Virus record (IMG/VR): IMGVR_UViG_3300017725_000001
Coordinates: 32,001 to 96,000 of that record
Reading direction: 5' to 3' (one strand)
DNA length: 64,000 bases
Source: a virus
In this document: positions 1 through 8,652 of the stretch, in pieces
How the letters are laid out: every line of letters starts with the position of its first letter
How positions within the stretch are numbered: position 1 is the stretch's first letter
Program-made: the position numbers and the translations under genes
Notes under the pieces: generated by a model
What the model was told of the DNA's origin: nothing
Database searches by the model: none
What the model saw: only the letters and a program-made list of their open reading frames with translations

Positions 1-230
1 GGTGTTTCTTCTGATATAAGATCAGCCGCCGCTTTAATTAATGTTTCTTGAATATCTGCACTCTCAATTCCATTATAAAATTGTAAGTGACTTTTAATTT
101 CTACTTCACTAGCACTTACACCTGTAATATTTTCGCAGGCGTAAAATACAACCTTATGCATCTTCTCAAGGTCAAGTTCTTCTTCTGTACCATCTCTTTT
201 TTTGATTATTGTTTTTATTGCTGTCATCAT
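1..230 (-). CDS. nrdA: Ribonucleotide reductase class Ia alpha subunit, N-terminal ATP-cone (runs off the left edge)
   Basis: Not in the ORF track. My translation is MMTAIKTIIKKRDGTEEELDLEKMHKVVFYACENITGVSASEVEIKSHLQFYNGIESADIQETLIKAAADLISEETP, closely resembling the NrdA N-terminus. AGGA RBS at 233-236. Confidence 0.93.
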   Translation of the reverse strand, partial: MMTAIKTIIKKRDGTEEELDLEKMHKVVFYACENITGVSASEVEIKSHLQFYNGIESADIQETLIKAAADLISEET

Positions 231-282
231 TGTCCTAAATCTCAAATAGTCTTGTATTTACATCGGCTGTAGCTATAGATAA

Positions 283-720
283 CTATTTGCTTAATGTACT
301 AACATCAATATCTTTTAAAACTTCTAGTTCTTTGTCTATAATGTCAGTGGTGTCTATATTGTTATAATTATAGTTTAAAACGTACTTGTTGTCAACTAAA
401 ACTATTAACTTTATATCATTTTTTTCCACAGTTTGTACAAGCAATATTCTACAGGCTATATTACTATAGTGTAACGTGTATGCCATACCCAACGACACAA
501 CATTTTCGTCGTAATCATTCTGATGTAGCATTTCCCAAGGTGTACTCCATGTTGACTCATCAAATGGATCAACTTTTCTAGTACCTACTGGTGTTGTATT
601 CCAAAAGTCTAAAACAACTTGTAATTGTTCTAAAATATTGGAAACACCACAAATCCGTTTCCTTAATTCACGCCACCTTTGAATTCTTTGTCTAGGAGGC
701 AATTGCCATACTTCGTCCAT
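283..720 (-). CDS. Hypothetical protein, possibly a degenerate transglutaminase-like (BTLCP-type) fold
   Basis: WSTPWEML...SLGMAYTL...LIVLVDNKYVLN recalls BTLCP motifs but lacks the catalytic Cys/His. Confidence 0.45.
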   Translation of the reverse strand: MDEVWQLPPRQRIQRWRELRKRICGVSNILEQLQVVLDFWNTTPVGTRKVDPFDESTWSTPWEMLHQNDYDENVVSLGMAYTLHYSNIACRILLVQTVEKNDIKLIVLVDNKYVLNYNYNNIDTTDIIDKELEVLKDIDVSTLSK

Positions 721-724
721 TTAT

Positions 725-1480
725 TTAAAATGATTTTTGTACGTATTTTAATGTGTGTACGGTATCAAGATCTGTAGTATCAAACATTAAACTAAATTTG
801 TCTGTACTATTATGTGAAAGACTAAAGACTAAAGGCATTGCGCCATTGCTGATGTCATATACGTCTTTGATTGAGCTTGTTGTAGGAACGCCAGCATTGT
901 CATCAATTAGGATTGATAACTGTCCGTGTCTTGAAGCTGACGTTGTTGTTAAACTATAATCAATAGTAATCTTATCTTTATTTGCACAAATAAATTCAAT
1001 TCCTGATTCTTTAGGTCCTGCAGAATCTGCTGTCAGTTTGTTTAGACTTTGAGACTGTACTGGATTTGGGAATGCTTCTGCATGGTAGCCAACTTCTTTA
1101 TTATAGTAAAGTTCAAAAACTGTACTAGATGTAGGAGTTGAAGATAAGCCATGCGAGAATGATGCAACTGCATCCTTGAATGTTATGTTATTACCTGTTA
1201 TAGAAATATTATCACTTGCTGGGTTAACTGTGATTCCATAAGTATACTGATCTAAATTAGCGATTAAATCTAAATCAATAGGATCGCCGTTTGCTGAAGT
1301 AAATTCTACTTTAGCTGTCGTTGCATCACTATTACTTACTTGGCAAGTTCCATTTACTGAAGCTTGTCCTATGAATAATCTTTGAATGTCTTGTGCAAGT
1401 CCAAATTCACCTGGTAGTAATTTTGGCAAATCTGCCAAATTACCTTTTCTAACTGTCATTCTAGCTGTCGTTGTTGTCAT
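725..1480 (-). CDS. Virion structural/fibre protein
   Basis: N-terminal RKGNLADLPKLLPGEFGLAQDIQRLFIG is an Mtd_N/hyaluronidase-like fibre motif. Late promoter at 1502-1508. Confidence 0.65.
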   Translation of the reverse strand: MTTTTARMTVRKGNLADLPKLLPGEFGLAQDIQRLFIGQASVNGTCQVSNSDATTAKVEFTSANGDPIDLDLIANLDQYTYGITVNPASDNISITGNNITFKDAVASFSHGLSSTPTSSTVFELYYNKEVGYHAEAFPNPVQSQSLNKLTADSAGPKESGIEFICANKDKITIDYSLTTTSASRHGQLSILIDDNAGVPTTSSIKDVYDISNGAMPLVFSLSHNSTDKFSLMFDTTDLDTVHTLKYVQKSF

Positions 1481-1510
1481 TGTTTATTCCTTAATATAAT
1501 GTATTTATCT

Positions 1511-2191
1511 TTATAGATTATAAAATTGTTCTAAACGTTCGGCCCATTTAAGTTCCCATTGTTTAAATTCTGTACTATCTGCTTCAAATAATTGAAACTC
1601 ACCTGCTCTACTGCACATAAAAACAGCTATGTTTGATATGTTTGTTCCATACATTTCATTGTGGGCGTTTGCATAGGCCGCTCCTTGTAGGAAATAATCA
1701 TCAATCCATTCACGTTTTTTAGGTTTATTGGTCTGTTTAAAGTCCATGATAGTTTGTTTACCTTTATATACTCCAACTAAATCTGTTGTACCTGCATATA
1801 AATCTTTTGCTACTAAATTAACCTCTGATCCCCACACTTCGCTAATATCAGGTTCCACATTGTCTATTACAACTTGTGCCATACCTTTTGCTTGTTTATG
1901 GACCATATTGTTTCCTGGATTGTATTCTTCATTTTTAAACCATTTTTCTAATATATTATGCATTACAGATCCAACATTAGATGCTTCAGTTACAATACGT
2001 TGTGCTTCAGCATCTCCTACACGTTTTTTCCATCTAGCCAATCCTGCTTTTTTATCTGCTGATTGGGTTGCACTTAAAATAGTGGTTACACTTGGAACAG
2101 GATCGCCCCAAGGATTCTCATATAGACGTTTCCCGTCTACTGAGGTTCTTTTAAATTCTTTATAATCATAAGGGGATTTTATTTTTAACAT
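1511..2191 (-). CDS. PD-(D/E)XK exonuclease (MGME1/Cas4-like phage nuclease)
   Basis: PSVTTIL, G-x-x-MH, E..YAGTTD, MDFKQ and Q-x-x-AY motifs. Start 2191 chosen from promoter geometry (track start 2197). Confidence 0.88.
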   Translation of the reverse strand: MLKIKSPYDYKEFKRTSVDGKRLYENPWGDPVPSVTTILSATQSADKKAGLARWKKRVGDAEAQRIVTEASNVGSVMHNILEKWFKNEEYNPGNNMVHKQAKGMAQVVIDNVEPDISEVWGSEVNLVAKDLYAGTTDLVGVYKGKQTIMDFKQTNKPKKREWIDDYFLQGAAYANAHNEMYGTNISNIAVFMCSRAGEFQLFEADSTEFKQWELKWAERLEQFYNL

Positions 2192-2197
2192 ACTCAT

Positions 2198-2226
2198 AGT
2201 ATATGTGCCTTCTATAGAAATGTCAA
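2198..2226 (-). promoter_or_regulatory. Sigma70-type promoter, leaderless geometry
   Basis: TTGACA-17 nt-TATACT-6 nt-ATG. Confidence 0.8.
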
Positions 2227-2249
2227 TGAGTTATTTGAGATTTTGTTGA

Positions 2250-2867
2250 TTACCAATATACATACCATTTAAAAGTTTTACTGGTATTAGTATTAGTTAG
2301 TCTTTCTATTTTGTATCCTAGGTTTTGAAAATATTTAATTACTTGTTCCATTTGATTTGTTAGTCCACGATCAGTGGCAGTACCTTGCCAAATATTAAAA
2401 TAATCAACACTTGTAGGATTAGATATACTGTATACACCTGCTACAAATCCTAGAGCTGTATTTGCAGTTCCTGCACCTATCTCATATGACCAAGTTGAAC
2501 CTTGTGGCTCAGTTATAGTAAGTATCAAGTAATTACTATCCTTTGAAGCCGTTAAACCTGCAACTCCTGCATCGTTGATATCTGCTACTATTGCGTTTAA
2601 TGATGTTCCTGTAGTGCCTAATGTTATTGTATTATTATCAAAAATTAAAGTGTCACCTACTGTTATTGTTGGATTTAGTGCAGTTCCTATTTTTTGAACA
2701 CTTGGCGTAGCTTCTGTCATTGTTGTAGTATCATCTACATATGCTTCAAAATTACCTAATGCACTCTGTGAAATAATTTCTTTCATTATTTCTTGTGTTT
2801 CAGTAAACACAATCATATCTTGTGATGCTTTTGATCTAGCTTGTGCCGCGTTTAGTCCTACACTCAT
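2250..2867 (-). CDS. Hypothetical virion protein
   Basis: Thr/Gly-rich beta segment (TSLNAIVADINDAGVAGLTAS) typical of structural proteins; last gene of a late operon. Confidence 0.55.
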   Translation of the reverse strand: MSVGLNAAQARSKASQDMIVFTETQEIMKEIISQSALGNFEAYVDDTTTMTEATPSVQKIGTALNPTITVGDTLIFDNNTITLGTTGTSLNAIVADINDAGVAGLTASKDSNYLILTITEPQGSTWSYEIGAGTANTALGFVAGVYSISNPTSVDYFNIWQGTATDRGLTNQMEQVIKYFQNLGYKIERLTNTNTSKTFKWYVYW

Positions 2868-3193
2868 TTGTTTAACTCTTTTTTAACTTGCTTCTTAGCC
2901 ATATTAGTTACGGTCTTATCTGCTTTTTCGGGGTCAACCTTGTTTAAATTACTAGCATCAAGACTTGAAGTATTAAAATAAACCATTCCATCTTTTATAT
3001 TATTAACTATAGGTAAATTTGATATCTCATCAAATAATGATTCGTTATCAGCATCAACACCCATAGCTTTAAGTTCTTTAACTAAAGATTCTAGAGGAAT
3101 ACTATCTACACCTTCACTACTTAGAATTGAGAGTAGATCAATAACTTTTGAATCTACTTCAGAATTTAATTCGAAGAGTTGAGAGTACCTCAC
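2864..3193 (-). CDS. Hypothetical protein, probable head-internal protein
   Basis: N-terminal MRYSQLFE resembles a capsid-targeting/prohead-protease signal. Confidence 0.5.
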   Translation of the reverse strand: MRYSQLFELNSEVDSKVIDLLSILSSEGVDSIPLESLVKELKAMGVDADNESLFDEISNLPIVNNIKDGMVYFNTSSLDASNLNKVDPEKADKTVTNMAKKQVKKELNK

Positions 3194-3198
3194 GTTAA

Positions 3199-3966
3199 TT
3201 ACCTCTTTAGTTCCGCAAATGCTTTTTTAAGAACGTCTTTGCTAATTTTACCTTCTGATTGTGCTTCTTTAACCATCTTGATTGCTTTTAGGTAAGGATC
3301 AACTGATTCTTCTTTCATCTCTCTACCTTCAGCATCTGACTCTGCACTAGCGGCATCAGCACCTTCAAAATCATCACCAGCTGGTTCTTCAGCAGGTGCA
3401 TCAATTGCATCCATATCCATAGGTGCTTCAGGTGCAGGCTCCATACTCATATCTGTTGCTGGTGCTTGACCTTGTGCTACTAATACTGCGTTACTTACAT
3501 CATCATTGGCTTTTTTAACTGCATCAAGAGCTGTACCAATTGCCATTTCAGCACTCTGTGAGAATGCTTCAGCTTCAGCAGTACCAACTTCTTCTTTCAT
3601 TGCGTTAGTAATACTCATTAGTTCTTCTACTTGCATACTTGCTAAATTTTCAGCCATTTTTTGTAAGTCGTCAGCCATTTGTTTTGCGGCTAGAAGTACT
3701 TCAGCTTGGTCCAATTCGCTTTCCATTACTGGTTTATTTGACATAGCTTCTTTTATACCTTCTAATACTAACAATAACTTCTGATATTGTTTGTCATTTA
3801 CTGCGATACCATTATCACGTAATGACTTGATTTTAGATTCTGTAAATGTCTTAACTTTTTGTAGTTTGGCACCGTCTGCACCAAAGTTAAAGTTAACACC
3901 AAATACTTCTTTTAGAACTGAATCTAATTTCGTTATTTTGTTTACTTCTAAATTTTTTAAATCCAT
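3199..3966 (-). CDS. Probable prohead core/scaffold-like protein
   Basis: Acidic coiled coil with an Ala/Pro/Glu linker and VMES/MKEE candidate cleavage sites. Late promoter at 4001-4007. Confidence 0.5.
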   Translation of the reverse strand: MDLKNLEVNKITKLDSVLKEVFGVNFNFGADGAKLQKVKTFTESKIKSLRDNGIAVNDKQYQKLLLVLEGIKEAMSNKPVMESELDQAEVLLAAKQMADDLQKMAENLASMQVEELMSITNAMKEEVGTAEAEAFSQSAEMAIGTALDAVKKANDDVSNAVLVAQGQAPATDMSMEPAPEAPMDMDAIDAPAEEPAGDDFEGADAASAESDAEGREMKEESVDPYLKAIKMVKEAQSEGKISKDVLKKAFAELKR

Positions 3967-4009
3967 AATTTGACCCCTTCAGGTTTTTCTTAATATATTG
4001 TATTTATGC

Positions 4010-4618
4010 TTATAGGCAGGATTTGATCTGTTTTTTGGCTTCGTTCATCTTCTGAACCGCTTGACCTTGCTTGGCCATTGCTAAATCTAGCTTAAATCCT
4101 TCACTTACTTTGGATTTTTGCTTGTAAAACGCCGCTTCAGCTAGTTGACTACCATAACGTACATCTAAATCAAGTAATTGTTTAATATTACTTGTCTTGC
4201 CATGCATCATACCTTTTACTATTCCCATTGCCGTTTCAAATAATGCAATTTGTTCGTGCAATACTTTACCATCTTCCTTGATAGTATAAAACATCTTTTT
4301 AATACCTGGAACAACTTGTTCTTTGTCCATAGTGATCTCATATTCTGCAATCTTTACACTATTTCCTTGCTTTGTTGCTACAGCCATTGTAGGATCTTCA
4401 TATGTTTCTTCTACTGCTTCTTTAGCCACTTGTGTTGTAGCTTCGTCTAGTTTTTGCAGTATGTCATACATACCTTTAGCATTTTTGCTAACACTATTCA
4501 ACAAATTTGCTTTTAATTCTGGATTGCTTTTTTGTTCAGTTTCTGTAGGAACTTTTGAACTCTCATTTAACTTTTGAATAAGTTCTTTCATTCCTTTTGT
4601 TTCTTCGTGTGTTGGCAT
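4010..4618 (-). CDS. Hypothetical protein (head-protein block)
   Basis: 202-aa ORF, coupled to its neighbours. Confidence 0.6.
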   Translation of the reverse strand: MPTHEETKGMKELIQKLNESSKVPTETEQKSNPELKANLLNSVSKNAKGMYDILQKLDEATTQVAKEAVEETYEDPTMAVATKQGNSVKIAEYEITMDKEQVVPGIKKMFYTIKEDGKVLHEQIALFETAMGIVKGMMHGKTSNIKQLLDLDVRYGSQLAEAAFYKQKSKVSEGFKLDLAMAKQGQAVQKMNEAKKQIKSCL

Positions 4619-4827
4619 TATAGGCTCCCTTTCATTCTTTCATAGAATACTTTATTATTCTCAACTATTTTTTTAACAACATTTTTGTTAACCAAGTTTT
4701 GAATTAAAATTAAATCTCGTTCGTTTAGATCGTCTTTGCATTTACGTTCTAACAAATTCTCATAACATTCACTTTCGTGAACTGAGATGAATACTGGAAT
4801 GCCTCCGGGTTGTTCAATCGTTTTCAT
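4618..4827 (-). CDS. Small hypothetical protein
   Basis: 69 aa, stop/start overlaps on both sides. Confidence 0.65.
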   Translation of the reverse strand: MKTIEQPGGIPVFISVHESECYENLLERKCKDDLNERDLILIQNLVNKNVVKKIVENNKVFYERMKGSL

Positions 4828-5339
4828 TAACGACCTCCCATTGCCAATTGTTTAAGTCTTTCAATTTCTTGTGCATTTATATTTGATTGTTGCTGGTTTG
4901 CATCTGATTTATATTTGTTTTCAGCTCTTTCAATATCATCTGGATCTGCACTACCTGCTCTTACTGCTCCTTGACCAGTTGGTTGTTTATTTGAACCCGC
5001 TACATATCTTTGTGGGTTACTTGAATCTCTTTTTGCATCTTGTTGTGCATTAGTAAAGTCTCTTTGATCATTGCCGTTGTTTGATGCTCTAATTGTAGCA
5101 TTACTTGGCTTGGCTGTTTGTATTGTTCCATACCCAGCTTCATTGACTCTACTTAAATCTATAATTGATGAAAATTTATCATTGTCTTCATTTTTAATTG
5201 AATCTAATAAGTTAAGTGTATCGCCAAAAGATAACCCTTTTAATTGTTCCATGATGTCATCTTTTTTAAGTTCTAATCCGAACTTAACGTTAGCATAATC
5301 TATTACACTATCTACTGTACTATTATTTACTATTTCCAT
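4827..5339 (-). CDS. Hypothetical protein, probable head-internal protein
   Basis: VNE candidate cleavage site; C-terminal EIERLKQLA motif. Confidence 0.55.
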   Translation of the reverse strand: MEIVNNSTVDSVIDYANVKFGLELKKDDIMEQLKGLSFGDTLNLLDSIKNEDNDKFSSIIDLSRVNEAGYGTIQTAKPSNATIRASNNGNDQRDFTNAQQDAKRDSSNPQRYVAGSNKQPTGQGAVRAGSADPDDIERAENKYKSDANQQQSNINAQEIERLKQLAMGGR

Positions 5340-5340
5340 C

Positions 5341-5628
5341 TTAACCTCTAGCTTTGTTTAATCTAGCAACAATACGACTTGCAGGATTTAACCTTTTAGA
5401 ACGTACTGCCGCCTTTTGCATACGAGCACCTTTTTGTGCTCTTGTTTTTCTCATTACGAATCTCTTTTTGAGATCCATAGGTGCCGCACATTGACTAGGA
5501 TTTGCTACAATTCTATTCTTACGAATACCAACTGTGCAACGAAACTTCCTAGTTACAGCTTTACCTCTTCTAGCAAAAATTAATTTTGCTTCAGAAATTA
5601 CTGTATTGTACGACTCATTTAATAACAT
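5341..5628 (-). CDS. Small, very basic protein, prohead-core (gp68-like) or DNA-condensing candidate
   Basis: MLLNE/ISE propeptide-like start followed by an Arg/Lys-rich body. Confidence 0.5.
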   Translation of the reverse strand: MLLNESYNTVISEAKLIFARRGKAVTRKFRCTVGIRKNRIVANPSQCAAPMDLKKRFVMRKTRAQKGARMQKAAVRSKRLNPASRIVARLNKARG

Positions 5629-5915
5629 TAACCTGCACCCAATAACGGAGTTACTGTATTTAAATTTAGTAACAACAATACTATTGTTGAGAGCAATCCT
5701 GCAATAACCGTTGCCGCGGCTCCAATGATTAGCTTGTTACTAGACATACTTGCTGATGTTTGCTTTTCTGCTACTTTACTCATAGCCGTAGTTAAGCCAT
5801 CCACTTTAGTTTCTAATCTATTTAATTTTTCTTCCAACACGCGATACCTTTCCGCACACAGATCAACGTGTGCCTCTAGATTTTCACGCTCAAGCCTTGA
5901 CTGATTCATTGCCAT
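5628..5915 (-). CDS. Coiled-coil protein with a C-terminal transmembrane helix (holin/XhlA-like candidate)
   Basis: Heptad coiled coil followed by LIIGAAATVIAGLLSTIVLLLL. Confidence 0.5.
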   Translation of the reverse strand: MAMNQSRLERENLEAHVDLCAERYRVLEEKLNRLETKVDGLTTAMSKVAEKQTSASMSSNKLIIGAAATVIAGLLSTIVLLLLNLNTVTPLLGAG

Positions 5916-5991
5916 ATTATGTTCTCACATTCTTTGACAGCGTCTTATTAAGAGCTGATTTGTATGAGTACAATCATTCGTACTCTACTAC

Positions 5992-5999
5992 TATTTATA
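5992..5999 (-). promoter_or_regulatory. T4-type late promoter TATAAATA, representative of about 20 ATAAATA sites
   Basis: Exact TATAAATA here, at 25337-25344 and at 49736-49743. The ATAAATA core lies before genes at about 1502, 4001, 8646, 11921, 23744, 27390, 29940, 31112, 33681, 34498, 36568, 41291, 50070, 51765, 53574, 55757 and 60710. Confidence 0.8.
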
Positions 6000-6453
6000 T
6001 GTTTTCACTATATTTAAAGTAAGTATTTTTCTTATTCACTGTATTTGTGTCAATTATCTCTGGATCAATGCTTATTGTTTCGTTTAAATCTTCGTGTATT
6101 GGCATTTTATCAAAGTCTTCTTTTAACATATAAACGTCATTATTATCTTTTTTCCATGCATCTGCTGTCTCACTAGCAAATTTTAACACCCATACGGTAT
6201 GAGTGCCTGTAAAATTTGTGCCAAATTCATATTTGCTTATATCTTGCGAATCTAAAATTTGTACACTACTTAAAACTGGTTGAGATCTTAGACTAATACT
6301 TTGGATAAATGTATTCAAGTTCTGTGCTTGGAAATACCCACTTGCACTTGTTTTTGGACTTACTACACCAGAATCTGTTATATCAATCAAGGTGTAAACC
6401 GTATAAAAATCAGTTGAGCCTGTTAATACTTCAACTGGCCTTGAAACTGCCAT
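5995..6453 (-). CDS. Hypothetical virion-associated protein
   Basis: 152-aa ORF in the late operon (YTLIDIT...QNLNTFIQSISLRSQP). Confidence 0.6.
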   Translation of the reverse strand: MAVSRPVEVLTGSTDFYTVYTLIDITDSGVVSPKTSASGYFQAQNLNTFIQSISLRSQPVLSSVQILDSQDISKYEFGTNFTGTHTVWVLKFASETADAWKKDNNDVYMLKEDFDKMPIHEDLNETISIDPEIIDTNTVNKKNTYFKYSENI

Positions 6454-6454
6454 A

Positions 6455-7219
6455 TTACATACCTGTCATTTTACCAGCAGTATATCCAGCCGCAAATGCC
6501 GCCGCTCCACGTGCAATACGTTTACCTATACTACCTTTTTTCTTATTGTCTATCTCTAATCCTGCTTCGTTTGCATACTTTGTAAATATTGGATTTAAAT
6601 CACTTCTTCTAGCATTTAATCTAAAATATTTTGTTAATTGTGTAGCCGCTAATTGTCTTTGAGTAGTATTTAAAGTATCCCACTCACCTACTAGTCTTCT
6701 AGCCGCTTTTAGTTTTGGATCTTGTATTGCTAAATTTTTTTCTAATCTATAAAAGAAAGCCTGTGCTTGTCCTGTGTTTATCTTTCCTGATTCAATTTGT
6801 TTTAAAAAGTTTCTAATTCTTTTTTGTTCTACATTAACTTTAGCAAGTAATAACTTATCTGCTTCTGAATCAGCTAATCCTGTGGGTTTTAATGTAGAGT
6901 GTATTGTTTGATATAAATCTGTTCCACTAGGACTAGGTTTATTCCAATTTGAAAACATACTTGTTCTACGTGCATATTCTTTTGCTACTGGTGCATATTT
7001 GTAATCATTTGCCATTGCGTATAAACTCATCATACTTACAAAAACATGATCTGTTAATGATCTAGCACCTTGAGCTTTAATCATATCACGAGTTCGAAAC
7101 ATTCTAGCTTCGCCTAATGAATTAATAAATTCTAAATACGGCTCTTCGCTATCTTTGGGCATTTCGTGTCCGCCTTGCATTGCCGAATATTGTTCTAATG
7201 TATATTTTTCTTTGCTCAT
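6455..7219 (-). CDS. Hypothetical protein, probable head-internal protein
   Basis: LGEAR candidate cleavage site; C-terminal GAAAFAAGY hydrophobic/glycine-zipper segment. Confidence 0.55.
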   Translation of the reverse strand: MSKEKYTLEQYSAMQGGHEMPKDSEEPYLEFINSLGEARMFRTRDMIKAQGARSLTDHVFVSMMSLYAMANDYKYAPVAKEYARRTSMFSNWNKPSPSGTDLYQTIHSTLKPTGLADSEADKLLLAKVNVEQKRIRNFLKQIESGKINTGQAQAFFYRLEKNLAIQDPKLKAARRLVGEWDTLNTTQRQLAATQLTKYFRLNARRSDLNPIFTKYANEAGLEIDNKKKGSIGKRIARGAAAFAAGYTAGKMTGM

Positions 7220-8367
7220 GGATTATTCCTTGCAAAATTTGCTTGTGAGAATGTTGATCTATTAACCAACTTAACATCTTTATCTACTACATAACCTTCG
7301 CCATCTTTTACTGCTTGTATATCAGCTTTTTGATTATCTAATAATTCAATTACTTTATTTTTTACAGTCTTAATTCCCTTAATAAAACTAAATGTAGCAT
7401 TAAAGCCTTTTGCTTTAGTATTTACATAATCTAATAATCTCTCTTTTTTAGGTTCAGATAAATTACTACTTTGTACCCATTGTACAAAATTTGCTCCTAG
7501 ATTATCTAGTGATTTATTTTTTACACTAGCATTTATATATTGATAAAGTATCTCACCAAAATTTTTCATTTTAAGTTCTGCTGGTACATTGAATAAATCA
7601 TCTATTGCTTTTGCATTCTTATTTAAATAATTTTCTAATTCATCTACTTGAGGTAGATCTACTCCAGGTGATTTTTGCATTGTAACTGGTGGCATAATCA
7701 TTGTTGCTCCTTGTTGGAACTGTCCCATATCAACATTGCTAGTAGTACCATCTAATCCTATAGCTTTATGTATTACAACTCCTACTTCACTTGCGAGTAT
7801 CTTTTTGCCAATATCACTATTAGCAACAACTTCATACTTTGTAGTATTTGGCATAAGAGTAATTTTATTATTTTCTTCAGTAGGCTTGTTCATCCATAAT
7901 AGGTCACCTATAACGTAACCTCTGAATCCTTCTGGAACTGTGCTTTCTACTTTATCCCATATACCACCCATTGTTTTTGCAAAGTCTGCATTATCTGGGT
8001 TTCTGTTAACTATCATATCTTCTAGTCCTTTAGAACTAGTTACTCTACCATTATATTTTACTGCACCAAATCCTGATTTATCAGTTAAAACAAATTCACC
8101 TTTTTCATTACGCCCAAATACTATTGCTGGTCTTCCGTCCCATTTAATAGTAACTGAACCAGGATTTTGTTCAACTTGATGTAGTGTACTGATTGCTTTT
8201 TTACCGCCTGCTACCCCATCACGAAGAATTAAATCTTCAAGATGTTGTATTCTTGCGTTTTCTTTAAGATTTGCTTTGTACAAATCTTTTTGAATAATTC
8301 TGTGTTTTCTGTTATCTCTGGATTTACGTTTCTTAGACCCAACAAATAGTATTTCTTTTATTTTCAT
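7216..8367 (-). CDS. DUF6267-like protein with ligase-superfamily nucleotidyltransferase motifs
   Basis: ARIQHLED, TIKWDG (KxDG), VIGDLLW, GEGYV and VKLVNR. Confidence 0.65.
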   Translation of the reverse strand: MKIKEILFVGSKKRKSRDNRKHRIIQKDLYKANLKENARIQHLEDLILRDGVAGGKKAISTLHQVEQNPGSVTIKWDGRPAIVFGRNEKGEFVLTDKSGFGAVKYNGRVTSSKGLEDMIVNRNPDNADFAKTMGGIWDKVESTVPEGFRGYVIGDLLWMNKPTEENNKITLMPNTTKYEVVANSDIGKKILASEVGVVIHKAIGLDGTTSNVDMGQFQQGATMIMPPVTMQKSPGVDLPQVDELENYLNKNAKAIDDLFNVPAELKMKNFGEILYQYINASVKNKSLDNLGANFVQWVQSSNLSEPKKERLLDYVNTKAKGFNATFSFIKGIKTVKNKVIELLDNQKADIQAVKDGEGYVVDKDVKLVNRSTFSQANFARNNP

Positions 8368-8612
8368 CTTGATGTCCTGATTTTTTTGATACCTCGATTA
8401 AAACGTTCGGGATCTCTATTTTTAATACTTAACATAATCCTTTTGTTTAAATCTTGAGCTGTTTCAGAATCAAAATTTGCATCAATCATTTCAAGAATAT
8501 TGATAATACTACTGATAGCATTGGTACCTCTACTCTCAAGGATTGCGTTTTTATCTTTCTTAGGTGCTAAAGAGTTTATTTCCTCTAACAAGCTACGAGT
8601 GCGTTTTTTCAT
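8364..8612 (-). CDS. Small hypothetical protein
   Basis: 82 aa, GGAG RBS, late promoter at 8646. Confidence 0.65.
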   Translation of the reverse strand: MKKRTRSLLEEINSLAPKKDKNAILESRGTNAISSIINILEMIDANFDSETAQDLNKRIMLSIKNRDPERFNRGIKKIRTSR

Positions 8613-8652
8613 TGTATCTCTCCAGTAATAATTTACTTATAACTGTATTTAT

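Noticed and set aside
87-272. 61-aa plus-strand ORF
   Set aside because: It is the shadow of the nrdA 5' end on the minus strand.
1511-2191. Cas4-like nuclease as part of a CRISPR system
   Set aside because: No Fe-S cysteine cluster, no other cas genes and no array; an ordinary phage exonuclease.
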